From: Promethearchaeota archaeon | GTDB lineage: Archaea > Asgardarchaeota > Lokiarchaeia > Sigyniarchaeales > SOKP01 | Length of the DNA: 57,425 bases | Direction of reading: 5' to 3' | Assembly (NCBI GenBank): GCA_011364975.1 | Contig: RDOE01000014.1 | Location: 1 to 57,425, forward strand | In this document: piece after piece, positions 10,830 through 21,210 of the stretch | Position numbering within the stretch: position 1 is the stretch's first letter | Layout: each line of letters starts with the position of its first letter | Translations under genes and position numbers: made by a program | The notes under the pieces: model-generated | Seen by the model: only the letters and a program-made list of their open reading frames with translations | What the model was told of the DNA's origin: nothing | Database searches by the model: none

Positions 10830-11614
10830 TTATCAATTAGAGCGTCTAAAGTTCCATCTTTATAGGCTTCAACAATAACTTTATTGACCACTCCCAGAAA
10901 CTCAGGTTCCCCCAATCGAGTAAATAAAGCTGTGGGTTCAGCTAATACGGTAAATATAGATTTAAGATTGTATGTTTTGGACCAGACTGTAAATACTGGT
11001 TCGTCTACAAACGCCACATCATATATCCCATTCACCAAAGCTTGAATAACTACATCTGGCTCCGGGAGATCTGTGTAAGTTATACTATAACCAGCATCGA
11101 TAAGATCATCTAACTCATATTGTTCTGCAGTACCTGTTTGAACAACAACACTGTAAGCAGTAAGATCTGTTAAATCATCTATTGTAAATGATTCATTTTC
11201 CAAAGATATAACCACTTCATTAGTACGAATATAAGGCACTGATGATGCAAGAACTTCTATACGCTCCGGTGTGATAAACATAGCCGCAGCAATTAAATCA
11301 ATTGTTCCTCCAACACAGGAGCCTACTAATGCGTCAAATGCCATATCCTGCCATTCAATTGTAACATTAAGCTCATCAGCAATCAGATTGCATAGATCGA
11401 TATCAAATCCTTCTAACTCATCCGTAACAGTATTATAAATCTCAAAAGGTGGCCAACCTCCACTAGTTCCAACAATCATATATCCTCGAGCGTTAATTTG
11501 ATCTAATAATGACACGCGCAGTTGTCCTCCAATGAATGCGGGAACCAGCCATCCACCTAAACCACCTATCAATAAACAAATTACCATCCCTAATACGGCA
11601 AATTCTCTTTTCAC
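10817..11614 (-). CDS. Amino-acid ABC transporter substrate-binding protein (SBP family 3)
   Basis: N-terminal TM anchor, PPFE...GFDIDL, ITPER, VQTGT; GTG start with GAGGTG SD 8 nt upstream. Confidence 0.93.
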   Translation of the reverse strand: MKREFAVLGMVICLLIGGLGGWLVPAFIGGQLRVSLLDQINARGYMIVGTSGGWPPFEIYNTVTDELEGFDIDLCNLIADELNVTIEWQDMAFDALVGSCVGGTIDLIAAAMFITPERIEVLASSVPYIRTNEVVISLENESFTIDDLTDLTAYSVVVQTGTAEQYELDDLIDAGYSITYTDLPEPDVVIQALVNGIYDVAFVDEPVFTVWSKTYNLKSIFTVLAEPTALFTRLGEPEFLGVVNKVIVEAYKDGTLDALIDKWFT

Positions 11615-11941
11615 GTGACGAACACCTCGTCATTCATTTTTACTTTTTATTTATTTTTATAGTTTTATTAAGATATATTTTTATAATAAATTTCAATAGT
11701 GACATATTTAATAAGTTTCTTAATAAAGCTTTTGATTCTTGAACTGATAACCTATAATAAGTGAAAAAAAAGTATAAAAAGGAGAGTTATATGCTCATTT
11801 AGTTTGCAAAACAATCATAAATATTTTTCTAAGGCATACAACATTTACAATTTTTCCCTTTTCTGCTTTAAATCATAGTTGAGATGAAGATTTTAATATA
11901 TCATTAACTAGTTTTATTATTACTAAATAAAATAAAGAAAA

Positions 11942-12313
11942 TTATTTTGTTTTTAAAACGATGGTTATCGCTCTTGTTAAACGAATCACATCCATGACTT
12001 TCCCTTTTACAACGGTTATTTGTTCCCTAGAGATAGCATGAGTAAAGTCTCCTTTTCCCTCGCATATTCTCACAATCGCTGCAGGATCGCCTGACATGAC
12101 AATCTTTGCATCCGATTTAACTCCATCGAATAAAGTAACCTCTCGATTTCTAATTTCTATAAAATAAGGGTCTTCATTACTAAGATTGAATTGAAATGAC
12201 ATTTCCCAGTCAATATCGTTTCCAGCTATATTCGTGACAAATACCACCTGAGCTTTCGGATTCATGTTCATCTTTTCAACTGTATTCTTTAGTATTTCTT
12301 TTGATGCTCCCAT
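11942..12313 (-). CDS. SCP2-like lipid-binding protein
   Basis: Size and pattern (FQFNL...IEIRN...DAKIVMSG...DFTHAI...VKGKVMD) fit an SCP2 fold; last gene of thiolase/DUF35 operon. Confidence 0.75.
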   Translation of the reverse strand: MGASKEILKNTVEKMNMNPKAQVVFVTNIAGNDIDWEMSFQFNLSNEDPYFIEIRNREVTLFDGVKSDAKIVMSGDPAAIVRICEGKGDFTHAISREQITVVKGKVMDVIRLTRAITIVLKTK

Positions 12314-12316
12314 TTT

Positions 12317-12811
12317 TCATACTCCTCCTTCAAATTCAGGTTTTGATATCCAATTATTATACTCATCTTCAGGGACAAAGAAAAAATCCGTCATTTTACC
12401 TTCTCTTTCCTTGTTAAAGACGGTTCTAACCCTTTTCCCTTTTTTTATTTTAGAAGGAACCAGATTTTCTGAGAAGATTCCTTGGAGTAAAGCAGTTTCG
12501 GTACCATCTAGCTTTATATAGCCTATCCCATAGGGTATAGCCTTGATAAACGCGGATGTGGTGTACCATACAATCGTGCTCACCTCTATCGTTCCAGTTT
12601 GTTTAACTTCGACCCAATTAGCAGGCTCATAACAATCAGAGCAATTTATTCTTGGAGGCATCCAAATTTTTCCACATTTTGCACATTTTGTACCTAAAAG
12701 CTTTTTATTGTTCATGACTTCTATAAAAAATTTGGATTGTCCCCCCATTGTATACTTATAATTAATCTTTATGACATCTCTTATTTGATGGTCATGGAAT
12801 TCTTCATTCAT
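12317..12811 (-). CDS. DUF35-family Zn-ribbon/OB-fold protein (thiolase partner)
   Basis: GTKCAKCG...PPR.NCSDC rubredoxin-like ribbon then OB fold; ATGA overlap with thiolase. Confidence 0.92.
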   Translation of the reverse strand: MNEEFHDHQIRDVIKINYKYTMGGQSKFFIEVMNNKKLLGTKCAKCGKIWMPPRINCSDCYEPANWVEVKQTGTIEVSTIVWYTTSAFIKAIPYGIGYIKLDGTETALLQGIFSENLVPSKIKKGKRVRTVFNKEREGKMTDFFFVPEDEYNNWISKPEFEGGV

Positions 12812-14091
12812 GGTTGTTTTAATCCCTCCTCATTTGCCATTACAATTATTGCCGCATAAGCTGCTCCTGGGCCTCCTATAGAATGTGATATGGCTCGCCC
12901 TTTTTCGATTGATACTTGATGTTTCCCAGCATCTTCTCGCAGTTGAAGTGCTGCTTCTCCAGTTGACATAATTCCGGTCGCTCCAACTGCATGACCACAT
13001 CCTATTAAACCTCCAGAAGGGCAACATGGTAGTTCTCCTTTCAACCATGGACCCTCACCTGGTTTCTCAAAGGAGTTTTCAATCCATGGACCCCCTTCTC
13101 CAAAAGGAACAAAACCAAGTTCTTCATAAGAAATAACTTCTTGACCGCTAAAAGCATCGTGAAGTTCAGCTAAATCGATTTGGCTTTTTATTTTGTTGTA
13201 ATCTAATCCTGCCATTTTATAAGCTGCTTTTGCAGCATAAATATTTGAGTATAAGCGTCCCATATCTTCCCTATTACCTATAAAGCAATCAGTATTGGCC
13301 GCAGCTACTCCTGTTATCCATATGGGTTTCTCAATTCCTAATTCTCTGACTTTCGATTCGGATGCTAAAATTAATGCTGCAGAAGCTTCAGAATAGAGAC
13401 AGCAATCTAACATTTTGAAAGGATAACAAATAATTCGTGAATAGAGTACATCATCTACAGTAATTTTCATTGGAGCCTGGGCTTTAGGATTTAGTAAAGC
13501 GTTCCCATGATTTTTTACACTTACATAGGCCATCTGTTCCTCTGTAGGATTCCCAAATTCCTCATAATGAGCATTTACCATAGATACATAAGAAGAAGCT
13601 GCCATCATTCCCATAGGATATTCATAGGTCATATCTGCGGAGTAAGCTATAGCATTTAATACTTCTGGAGTTGTGGTTCCCGTCTGCTCGTCATAACAGT
13701 CATTGCATTTTTCTAAACCTATGCAAAGACAAAGATCACTCAATCCAGATGCTACTTCCGCATATGCCATTCGAACCGTATAACCACCTGTTGCACCACC
13801 TGTTGCTACTCTTGTACCGGGTTTATTATTCATTCCAAGATAACTGTTTGTGAAAATGTCTGGCATGAATTGCCGTTCAAATAGTTCATTGTAAATCCCA
13901 TATACTGTTGATTCTAAATCTTTATGTGTAATTTCTGCACCGTTTTTATTCGCGTCTTCGAGAGCTAGTTTTGTGGCATCATAAGCAAGCTCGAAATAGG
14001 TTTTGTCTAAATATCTTGCCTTAAAAGGAGTAACTCCTATACCAATTATCGCAACTTTAGATTTTGACATAAATATTTTATCACTTATCAT
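12808..14091 (-). CDS. SCP-x/non-specific-lipid-transfer-type thiolase-fold protein lacking the nucleophilic Cys
   Basis: VSVKNH, ELHDAF, PSGGL..GHAVGATG, HSIGG; nucleophile position reads VATGGATGG rather than xxACAS. Confidence 0.88.
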   Translation of the reverse strand: MISDKIFMSKSKVAIIGIGVTPFKARYLDKTYFELAYDATKLALEDANKNGAEITHKDLESTVYGIYNELFERQFMPDIFTNSYLGMNNKPGTRVATGGATGGYTVRMAYAEVASGLSDLCLCIGLEKCNDCYDEQTGTTTPEVLNAIAYSADMTYEYPMGMMAASSYVSMVNAHYEEFGNPTEEQMAYVSVKNHGNALLNPKAQAPMKITVDDVLYSRIICYPFKMLDCCLYSEASAALILASESKVRELGIEKPIWITGVAAANTDCFIGNREDMGRLYSNIYAAKAAYKMAGLDYNKIKSQIDLAELHDAFSGQEVISYEELGFVPFGEGGPWIENSFEKPGEGPWLKGELPCCPSGGLIGCGHAVGATGIMSTGEAALQLREDAGKHQVSIEKGRAISHSIGGPGAAYAAIIVMANEEGLKQP

Positions 14092-14336
14092 AAATCATTA
14101 TAATTTTAAATTGACAATTATATAATAATCTAAATACGGATTAATCATTAATTAATGTTTTAAAAAATCAAAAACTTAGAAAAAATTCACACCAAAAAAA
14201 TAATATTCATAGTTTTTAGTCTAATTTGAGTTTTTTAGGAAATCCATTTATATGGTTGTAGAATTTAAAATTTTGATTTATCAGTTTAGAAGATCAATTT
14301 ACTATATTTTAAATATAATTTTAGGTTAAATATCGT

Positions 14337-15140
14337 ATGAATAATCAAGATTTAATCTTATGTGAATCTAAAGGTCGTATCGCCTTAATTACCATTAATA
14401 GACCAGATAAAGCCCACTCATTTAACGGTGAAATGTTAAAAGCATTACATGCTAAACTAATTGAAGCAGATAATGATGAAAAGATTAAATGCATTTTAAT
14501 TAAAAGTACAGGGCAAAAATTCTTTTCTGCGGGTTATGATTTGAAAGAAATCACTGGTGATCCTCAAAAAGTAGCGATGATTATAGAATGGGGTAGAAAG
14601 GTAAATGAAACGATGCTCCTTATGAAAAAACCTATAATCACTCAAATTCAAGGTATTGCTGTAGGTTTTGGTGTCATGTTAATATTGGCTTCAGACTTAA
14701 AGGTGTTTGCTGATAGAACAAAAGAAGATTTATATTTAAGATTGCCAGAACTCGAAATTTCAGCATTTCCACAGACAGGGGCGACCTTATTACCCTTATT
14801 GACCTTTGGGTTTAATTATGCAAAAAATTTACTTTTTACTGCGGAAAGAGTAGGATTGAAAGAGCTTCAGAATATCAACTTTCCAACTAAAGTTTTCCCA
14901 CTCGACCAATTGGATTCGGAGACTCTTAAATTTGCTAAAGAAATAAGCAAATATCAAACTAAATTTTTAATCTTCACAAAACAAATGTTAAGGATAATGG
15001 ATAAAGGATTGGATAAAGGATTAATCAAGTCATATTTTGATTTGGAAGATGAGTGTGGAAAGGTTGCTTATGATAATAACATTAAAACCTTGAATGAGAT
15101 TGATGAGTTTCTTAAAAAGATATATCAGAAATACACATAA
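14337..15140 (+). CDS. Enoyl-CoA hydratase/isomerase family protein (divergent)
   Basis: INRPDK, FFSAGYDL, KPIITQIQGIAVGFG, LPE. Confidence 0.88.
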   Translation: MNNQDLILCESKGRIALITINRPDKAHSFNGEMLKALHAKLIEADNDEKIKCILIKSTGQKFFSAGYDLKEITGDPQKVAMIIEWGRKVNETMLLMKKPIITQIQGIAVGFGVMLILASDLKVFADRTKEDLYLRLPELEISAFPQTGATLLPLLTFGFNYAKNLLFTAERVGLKELQNINFPTKVFPLDQLDSETLKFAKEISKYQTKFLIFTKQMLRIMDKGLDKGLIKSYFDLEDECGKVAYDNNIKTLNEIDEFLKKIYQKYT

Positions 15141-15162
15141 ATCTGTGATAAATAGAACTAGC

Positions 15163-15843
15163 TTATGAATTTTCATTAATTGCATTTCGAAACTTTTTTG
15201 CCGCAACTTCTGGATTTTCTACTCGAGTGATTGCCCCTCCAATAATAATAATATCTAAGTCGTAAGATTTCATCTTTGAGATATCTTTAACTTGAATACC
15301 TCCTGCAATTGCTAATTTTGGATGATCCGGTATATTTGCAACAGATTGTAATTCTAGTAAAGGTGAATATCTGGATTCTTGACGATCTAGCCCACTGTGG
15401 ACTAAAGCATAAGTTAACTTTTTACCCATATAATTTAAATCTTTAATCTCCTCAAGTCTTTTTTTAGGGCGCCGTGACATTATAAAATCTGCCATAATTT
15501 CTACTTTAAATTCACGAGCCGCGCGTAAACTTTCTTCTATCGTAACGTTATATGCATCGGCCAATACAGTTATAATATCTGCTCCTGCTTTAGCAGCCAT
15601 TCTTACTTCAAGATATCCCGCATCTGCAATTTTTAAATCAGCACATACTAATTTTTCGGGATAAATTTCTTTCAATATTTGAACTGATTTTATACCTTCA
15701 GACTTTATTAATGGAGTACCCGCTTCCAGAATATCTACATATGGTGCTACTTCCGATACTATTGTAAGAGCTTCATCCAAACTTAATAGATCTAAGGCAA
15801 CTTGTAAAGAAGGGGATAATCTCTTTTCTTTTAGATTTTTCAA
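15163..15843 (-). CDS. 3-hexulose-6-phosphate synthase (HPS/KGPDC family)
   Basis: LQVALD, EAGTPLIKSEG, ADLKIADAG, HSGLD, AGGI, IIGGAIT. Confidence 0.88.
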   Translation of the reverse strand: MKNLKEKRLSPSLQVALDLLSLDEALTIVSEVAPYVDILEAGTPLIKSEGIKSVQILKEIYPEKLVCADLKIADAGYLEVRMAAKAGADIITVLADAYNVTIEESLRAAREFKVEIMADFIMSRRPKKRLEEIKDLNYMGKKLTYALVHSGLDRQESRYSPLLELQSVANIPDHPKLAIAGGIQVKDISKMKSYDLDIIIIGGAITRVENPEVAAKKFRNAINENS

Positions 15844-16033
15844 TTAAATTACCTAATATAATTCTTTATGGCTAAAATATCAATTTAAAAATAATGATAC
15901 AGCAAAGTAAGAAAATACAATTTTTACATACTAATGAAAAATTAGCTCTAAAATAAATCTTTTTTAATTTTGATTGAGTATTATTACATAATATTTAGAA
16001 TAACTATAAAAATTAAATTATTAATGAACCTAA

Positions 16034-17068
16034 ATGATAAAGACAAAAATAACTGAAATGTTTGGGATCAAGCATCCCATATTTGCAGCTCCAATGGGAC
16101 CTTTTTATACAAAAGAATTAACTGTGGCTGTATCTGAAGCGGGCGGTATGGGAGTAATAAGCCATACCAACCTTTTAGGGAAGGATAGTTTTAAAACAAT
16201 GAAGGAGGATATGGAATATGTGGTAGAACATACAGATAAACCATTTGGTTTCAATATTAGAACGGGTAGAATGCAATTTGATGCAAAAAAGCTTTGTAGA
16301 CAAGTTCCAAAAATTATCATGGAGAATCAAAAACTCAAAGAACAATGTATTTATGCTTTAACAAGCGCAGGTTCTTCGAAAATGTTGCCTGCAAGCAAGA
16401 ATTTTCAAGCACTCAAAGAAAAAAGTGATATTAAACACTTCCATGTTGCTCCTGCTGCTTGGTTAGCAGATAAATGTGTTGCTTCAGGAGTTGATGGTAT
16501 GGTTGTTACTGGAAGCGAGGGTGGAGGTCATCAATCTTATGAAAAAACAGGTACTTTAGTATTACTTCAAGAAGTAATGGAAAAACATCCTGATTTTCCA
16601 GTGATTGCTTGTGGTGCTTTTGGAAATGGATACGGTCTCGCAGCTGCATTAGGAATGGGAGCAGGCGCAATTGCAATGGGTACAAGATTTATAGCATCAC
16701 AAGAAAGTGAATTTCATTCAAAATATAAGGATATCGTCCCCCCCGCTAAACCTCAAGACACTATTTTAGTTACAGGATTTTTAGGGCCCATAAGATTATG
16801 GAAAAATCAATATGCTTTAAATCATGGCCTTATTGACAGTAGGGAAGAAAAGATGGCTGAAGAAGTAGAATTTACAATGGAACAGCTGATTGAGGATGGT
16901 AAACATTATGAATCTGTTTATTTAGACGGCGATCTAGTAACTGGAGCAATACCTCTTGGTCAGAGTTGTGGTTTAGTGTATAGCATAGATAAAGTTAAAG
17001 ATATAATAGAATCAATTGTAAAGGTTGCTGAATCAAGGCTAAAAGAAGCTTCTACATATATACAATAA
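16034..17068 (+). CDS. Nitronate monooxygenase / FabK-like FMN enoyl reductase
   Basis: TEMFGIKHPI, GSEGGGH, MGTRFIAS.ES, GQS motifs. Confidence 0.88.
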   Translation: MIKTKITEMFGIKHPIFAAPMGPFYTKELTVAVSEAGGMGVISHTNLLGKDSFKTMKEDMEYVVEHTDKPFGFNIRTGRMQFDAKKLCRQVPKIIMENQKLKEQCIYALTSAGSSKMLPASKNFQALKEKSDIKHFHVAPAAWLADKCVASGVDGMVVTGSEGGGHQSYEKTGTLVLLQEVMEKHPDFPVIACGAFGNGYGLAAALGMGAGAIAMGTRFIASQESEFHSKYKDIVPPAKPQDTILVTGFLGPIRLWKNQYALNHGLIDSREEKMAEEVEFTMEQLIEDGKHYESVYLDGDLVTGAIPLGQSCGLVYSIDKVKDIIESIVKVAESRLKEASTYIQ

Positions 17069-17330
17069 TTTTTTTGTTTTAATTAAGATTTGATTGTGAT
17101 AAGTATAAATTCAATAAGATCATAGGGAGGAAGTTATATTCTTAACATTATCCTAATAATGCCATCTTATTAATAACTCAAAAAAGATAAACGGATTAAA
17201 TCTATTAATATTTAAAATATTACTCGACTAATTTTTAACTAAATTTTCTATAATTGATCAACTTTAAATATTTATTTTATTATGTTATGTTCTAAAAGAA
17301 AATCTAATAACAATAATTAAACGGTTAAAT

Positions 17331-18815
17331 ATGAAGCAAAATTACATTTCGTCAGTTAGTTGTTTCTTTCTTATGTTTCTTTTATCTTTGAGTATAGGTT
17401 CGATGTTTGTAATAGGTGATGAGGCACCTCCTTCTCAAGGAATTTTATTTAACGGACATGACTTCTCTGAAAACTACTGGGATATCATGGTTACTAACAA
17501 TTCTAACTGGGATCATCCAGATGTGGACCCAATGGTCAGTTGGTTTAATAATACTTGGAATATAAAGTGGATAAAAGAGGATAATTTTGAGATGGGTATG
17601 TTTGCCTTTATGAACAAAACTCAATGGGATATGGGAAAAGAAAATGTATTTACAACTCCTGCTCAGATGTGGTGGCAACACGGTCATATTGCAGGCTCTG
17701 AAATCTTAATTGCGACTATGCATTCAGCATGGTATGGTTTTGGAGATAAGAATCATAATAGATTTTATGACGAAGGAACTGAGGAATTAACTCCATACTT
17801 TTTCATGGGTGCAAATACTCAAGAAGTACGCGACACTGGTATAATTTCAAATCCTAAAACAACAACATATCCTTTGGAACGATCTGTAAGCGGTTCTATA
17901 ATCACTTATACATGGGGATATAAATATGAGAATGTTATCTTTTTTGTACCAAATATTGATCGTGATGCACCTACGCCTTACTTTGATTGGGGATTTAATT
18001 ACTCTGATCCAGGAACTTATGTAGATGGATCTCATCACATAGGTAATATGACTTACTTTGAGTATCAATATACTTTAGAAATTGATAGTTCCGCGGGTGT
18101 TTCAACCTTATATCAAGATTACGAGACAGGAAAGATTGATAATATGGTTTATCGGGATAATATCAGTGATTCATGGGCATTTGCGAGTTATCCAGATGAT
18201 CATTGGGTACCTAATGATTTTGCAATGTGTCTTGGAACGTATAGTTTCATTTGGGCAAAGCAAGATTGGGCTCTAACTCATCTCGGTGGCGCAATAAATA
18301 GAACATTTCACGGATCAGGTTTATCTACTGTAGAAACCTATCTTGGTGGTGTCCATGCATTTGATTTTAGGTTTAGTCAAAAGCCAGAATATACCCTTAC
18401 AAATAGATCAAGCGTCATTTCAGGTACTTATAATGTCTCCTATGAATGTTTAGATGTTGCTTCCGATTCAGAATTCGTTAATTTTGTGTCCGGAATGACA
18501 GATTTAGTAGGAAAATTTGGTAGACTAATAGTTGGATATGTTATCAATCAAACAAATACTTTCATTCATGGAATTCCTTTTGAAGATGCATATAATCAGA
18601 CCGATCCAGAAAATATGGCAGCTTTTTTCGTATCTTGTTATCCAGAGTATGGAGCTTATGGTGGTGGGAAACTTACCCACGATCCCGTGTTTGTAATGTA
18701 TTTTTCAGTATCTAGTGCAATTCCAGGTTTTCCATTATTTTTTGTCCTAAGTTGCTTAGCGTTGGGAATAATAATCGTTTTGATAGAATCTCGAAATAAA
18801 AAAATGAAAAAATAA
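17331..18815 (+). CDS. Secreted cell-surface glycoprotein with IPGF-TM-basic C-terminal sorting signal (Loki-CTERM-like)
   Basis: N-terminal signal peptide; many N-x-S/T sequons; ends HDP...SAIPGFPLFFVLSCLALGIIIVLIESRNKKMKK. Confidence 0.78.
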   Translation: MKQNYISSVSCFFLMFLLSLSIGSMFVIGDEAPPSQGILFNGHDFSENYWDIMVTNNSNWDHPDVDPMVSWFNNTWNIKWIKEDNFEMGMFAFMNKTQWDMGKENVFTTPAQMWWQHGHIAGSEILIATMHSAWYGFGDKNHNRFYDEGTEELTPYFFMGANTQEVRDTGIISNPKTTTYPLERSVSGSIITYTWGYKYENVIFFVPNIDRDAPTPYFDWGFNYSDPGTYVDGSHHIGNMTYFEYQYTLEIDSSAGVSTLYQDYETGKIDNMVYRDNISDSWAFASYPDDHWVPNDFAMCLGTYSFIWAKQDWALTHLGGAINRTFHGSGLSTVETYLGGVHAFDFRFSQKPEYTLTNRSSVISGTYNVSYECLDVASDSEFVNFVSGMTDLVGKFGRLIVGYVINQTNTFIHGIPFEDAYNQTDPENMAAFFVSCYPEYGAYGGGKLTHDPVFVMYFSVSSAIPGFPLFFVLSCLALGIIIVLIESRNKKMKK

Positions 18816-18893
18816 ATTGATTTTTTTTTATTCTTATTTATCTTCAGTTTCACTTTAGATGGATTTTTTTAATCAAAAAAAATAATCCTACTA

Positions 18894-19187
18894 TTAGGAT
18901 AATATCTTAAGAGCATCTCTAGCGCTAGTTAAAACTTCTACCTTAGCTTCAACATATTCTTTATCCAAGATAGGCCATAGCATTTTTGAAACTTCGATAA
19001 TTGCATCATCACCTTTTCCTTTTTCAATGTATATAATGTTATAATGTTTAATACCCTTTTTACCTTCAGCTGTTTGTAAAAATTGCCATTTCTTTACATA
19101 AGCAGGTGGTTTAGGAAGTTTTGTAATTTCTTTTAGAAGCTCTTTAGCTTTAGAGGATGGATACCATAAGATAATATTAAGAATCAT
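18894..19187 (-). CDS. Small hypothetical protein (97 aa)
   Basis: Clean ORF with strong GGAGGT SD; no recognised catalytic motif. Confidence 0.7.
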   Translation of the reverse strand: MILNIILWYPSSKAKELLKEITKLPKPPAYVKKWQFLQTAEGKKGIKHYNIIYIEKGKGDDAIIEVSKMLWPILDKEYVEAKVEVLTSARDALKILS

Positions 19188-19335
19188 TTTGTTACCTCCT
19201 TTTTTTAATTATAATAAAATAAATTTCAAAAGGTAGATAGCAATTAGGATTAATATTATAAGAATTTTTACTATTTTGTAAAAACAAAAAAGGTTTAAAG
19301 GATTGAAAGAAAGGAATATAAGCAAATTTAAATTG

Positions 19336-21117
19336 TTATTCTCTCAATTCTCTCCTTAAAATTTTGCCAACTACAGACTTTGGTAATTCTGGGATGATCT
19401 CAATTATTCTAGGATATTTAAATGCAGAAATGTTTTCTTTACACCATTCCATTAACTCTTCTTTTGTAACTTTACCTTGATATTCTGATTTGAGTGCTAC
19501 ATAAGCTTTAATATTTTCTCCCGCTTCTGGATCGGGAACACCAACGACACCCACTTCTGCTATAGCTTCATTGAGATACATTAAATCTTCAACCTCTCTG
19601 GGAAAGACTGAATGTCCCTTATATTTTATCATATCCCGTTTACGATCTTTAATGTGTAAATACCCCTCATTATCGATACAACCAATATCCGTTGTATAAT
19701 ACCAAGTTCTTCCCTCTGAATCTTTTCTTAATGCATATTCAGTAGCTTCTGGTCGGTTTAAGTAACCTAAAAATACTTGTGGACCACTGCCACATATTTC
19801 TCCAATATATTGCATTTCATTTACGCCACAATTATCACAATTTGCGTTAGGACATGGTGATAATATTTTTGAACCATCTTCTACATCAACTATTTTTATA
19901 AGAGTATCTGACACGGGGAAACCCACAGTATTTTCTTTGAACTTATGAAAAGGAGTAGCTGTCAAAAGGGGACTAGTTTCACTCATTCCAAAACCTTCTA
20001 TGATTAATGCTCCAGTAGTATCTTCAAATTGTTGTTTAACTTCTAAAGGAAGTGGTGCAGCTCCACTTAAGCATGCAATAAGCGAAGTTAATTTTCCCTT
20101 ATATTTTTTCGATTCGGGTTCAAGATTTATTTTTTGCCATAATGTAGGAACCCCGGGACCAAATACTGCTCCTTCCTTCATACACATTTTTAATATATTA
20201 GACAATTTGGAAGGGGGTTGGGGAAATAATATTAGTTTATATCCGAAACTAATACCAAAATTCATTGCTATAGATAATGCAAACTCATGAGCGAGAGGTA
20301 ATACAACAAACATTCCACCTGTTCCAAAAGTTTTTTCTACTTTAGGTAATTGTGTTCTCGCCCATAAGGACCCCTGTTGTGCATTAATCACAAAATTAGC
20401 ATGTGATATTTGACACCCTTTTGGAAGGCCAGTTGTCCCTCCTGTGTAAATTAAAGTTGAAACATCTTCTTTTGGGTTGATATTAACTTTAGGAAGATCT
20501 ATAGGCATCCCGCTATCTAAGATATCCTGAAAAGTATGGAAATTAACGTTTCCTTTCTTTGTTGGCCAATTCTTCATTTTAGGAACTTTCCCCAATGCTG
20601 CTCCTAATTTCGCCTTTAAAGGAGAGAGGAATTCTCCTACTCCAGTCAAGATAATATCCTTTAAAGTTGGCATTTTACTTAGATCGTTTGTATGGAGATG
20701 CTCTTCGTAAAGTACATCTAACATTATTAATAATTTACCCTTAGAGTCATTAACTTGATGCACGATTTCTGAATAGCGATTTAAGGGAATTATTGGATTG
20801 GCAATAGCACCAATTCTTACGATGGCATAATATGAAATTACAAATTGTGGAAGATTAGGAAGATCTATTAATACTACATCCCCTTTAGTTATTCCCATTT
20901 TTGAAAGGGCTGTAGCAAATTGATCCACTAGAAGATCTAGTTCTTGATAAGTCATTCGAAAGCCCTCAAAATATATAGCGTGACTTTGAGGATATTTTTC
21001 AGCAGATTTTCTTAACATTTCCCCTAAAGAAATGACGTCATAATCAAAATGCCTTGGAGTTTCTTCAGGCCAATTCTTATCAATACCATAAAATTGAATT
21101 AAATCTTTTTTACTCAA
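19336..21117 (-). CDS. Long-chain acyl-CoA synthetase (AMP-forming)
   Basis: YTGGTTGLPKG, FGMSE, TTDIG, VGKILRR; Cys-rich insert before GEICGSGPQV. Confidence 0.93.
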   Translation of the reverse strand: MSKKDLIQFYGIDKNWPEETPRHFDYDVISLGEMLRKSAEKYPQSHAIYFEGFRMTYQELDLLVDQFATALSKMGITKGDVVLIDLPNLPQFVISYYAIVRIGAIANPIIPLNRYSEIVHQVNDSKGKLLIMLDVLYEEHLHTNDLSKMPTLKDIILTGVGEFLSPLKAKLGAALGKVPKMKNWPTKKGNVNFHTFQDILDSGMPIDLPKVNINPKEDVSTLIYTGGTTGLPKGCQISHANFVINAQQGSLWARTQLPKVEKTFGTGGMFVVLPLAHEFALSIAMNFGISFGYKLILFPQPPSKLSNILKMCMKEGAVFGPGVPTLWQKINLEPESKKYKGKLTSLIACLSGAAPLPLEVKQQFEDTTGALIIEGFGMSETSPLLTATPFHKFKENTVGFPVSDTLIKIVDVEDGSKILSPCPNANCDNCGVNEMQYIGEICGSGPQVFLGYLNRPEATEYALRKDSEGRTWYYTTDIGCIDNEGYLHIKDRKRDMIKYKGHSVFPREVEDLMYLNEAIAEVGVVGVPDPEAGENIKAYVALKSEYQGKVTKEELMEWCKENISAFKYPRIIEIIPELPKSVVGKILRRELRE

Positions 21118-21210
21118 TTTTTTTCACTTCATTTTTGTACAAATATGATAATAATTAATTTCGTTCTATTTAAAATTATAATCATTTCAAAGTTTTAAGA
21201 TTAGAAGATC

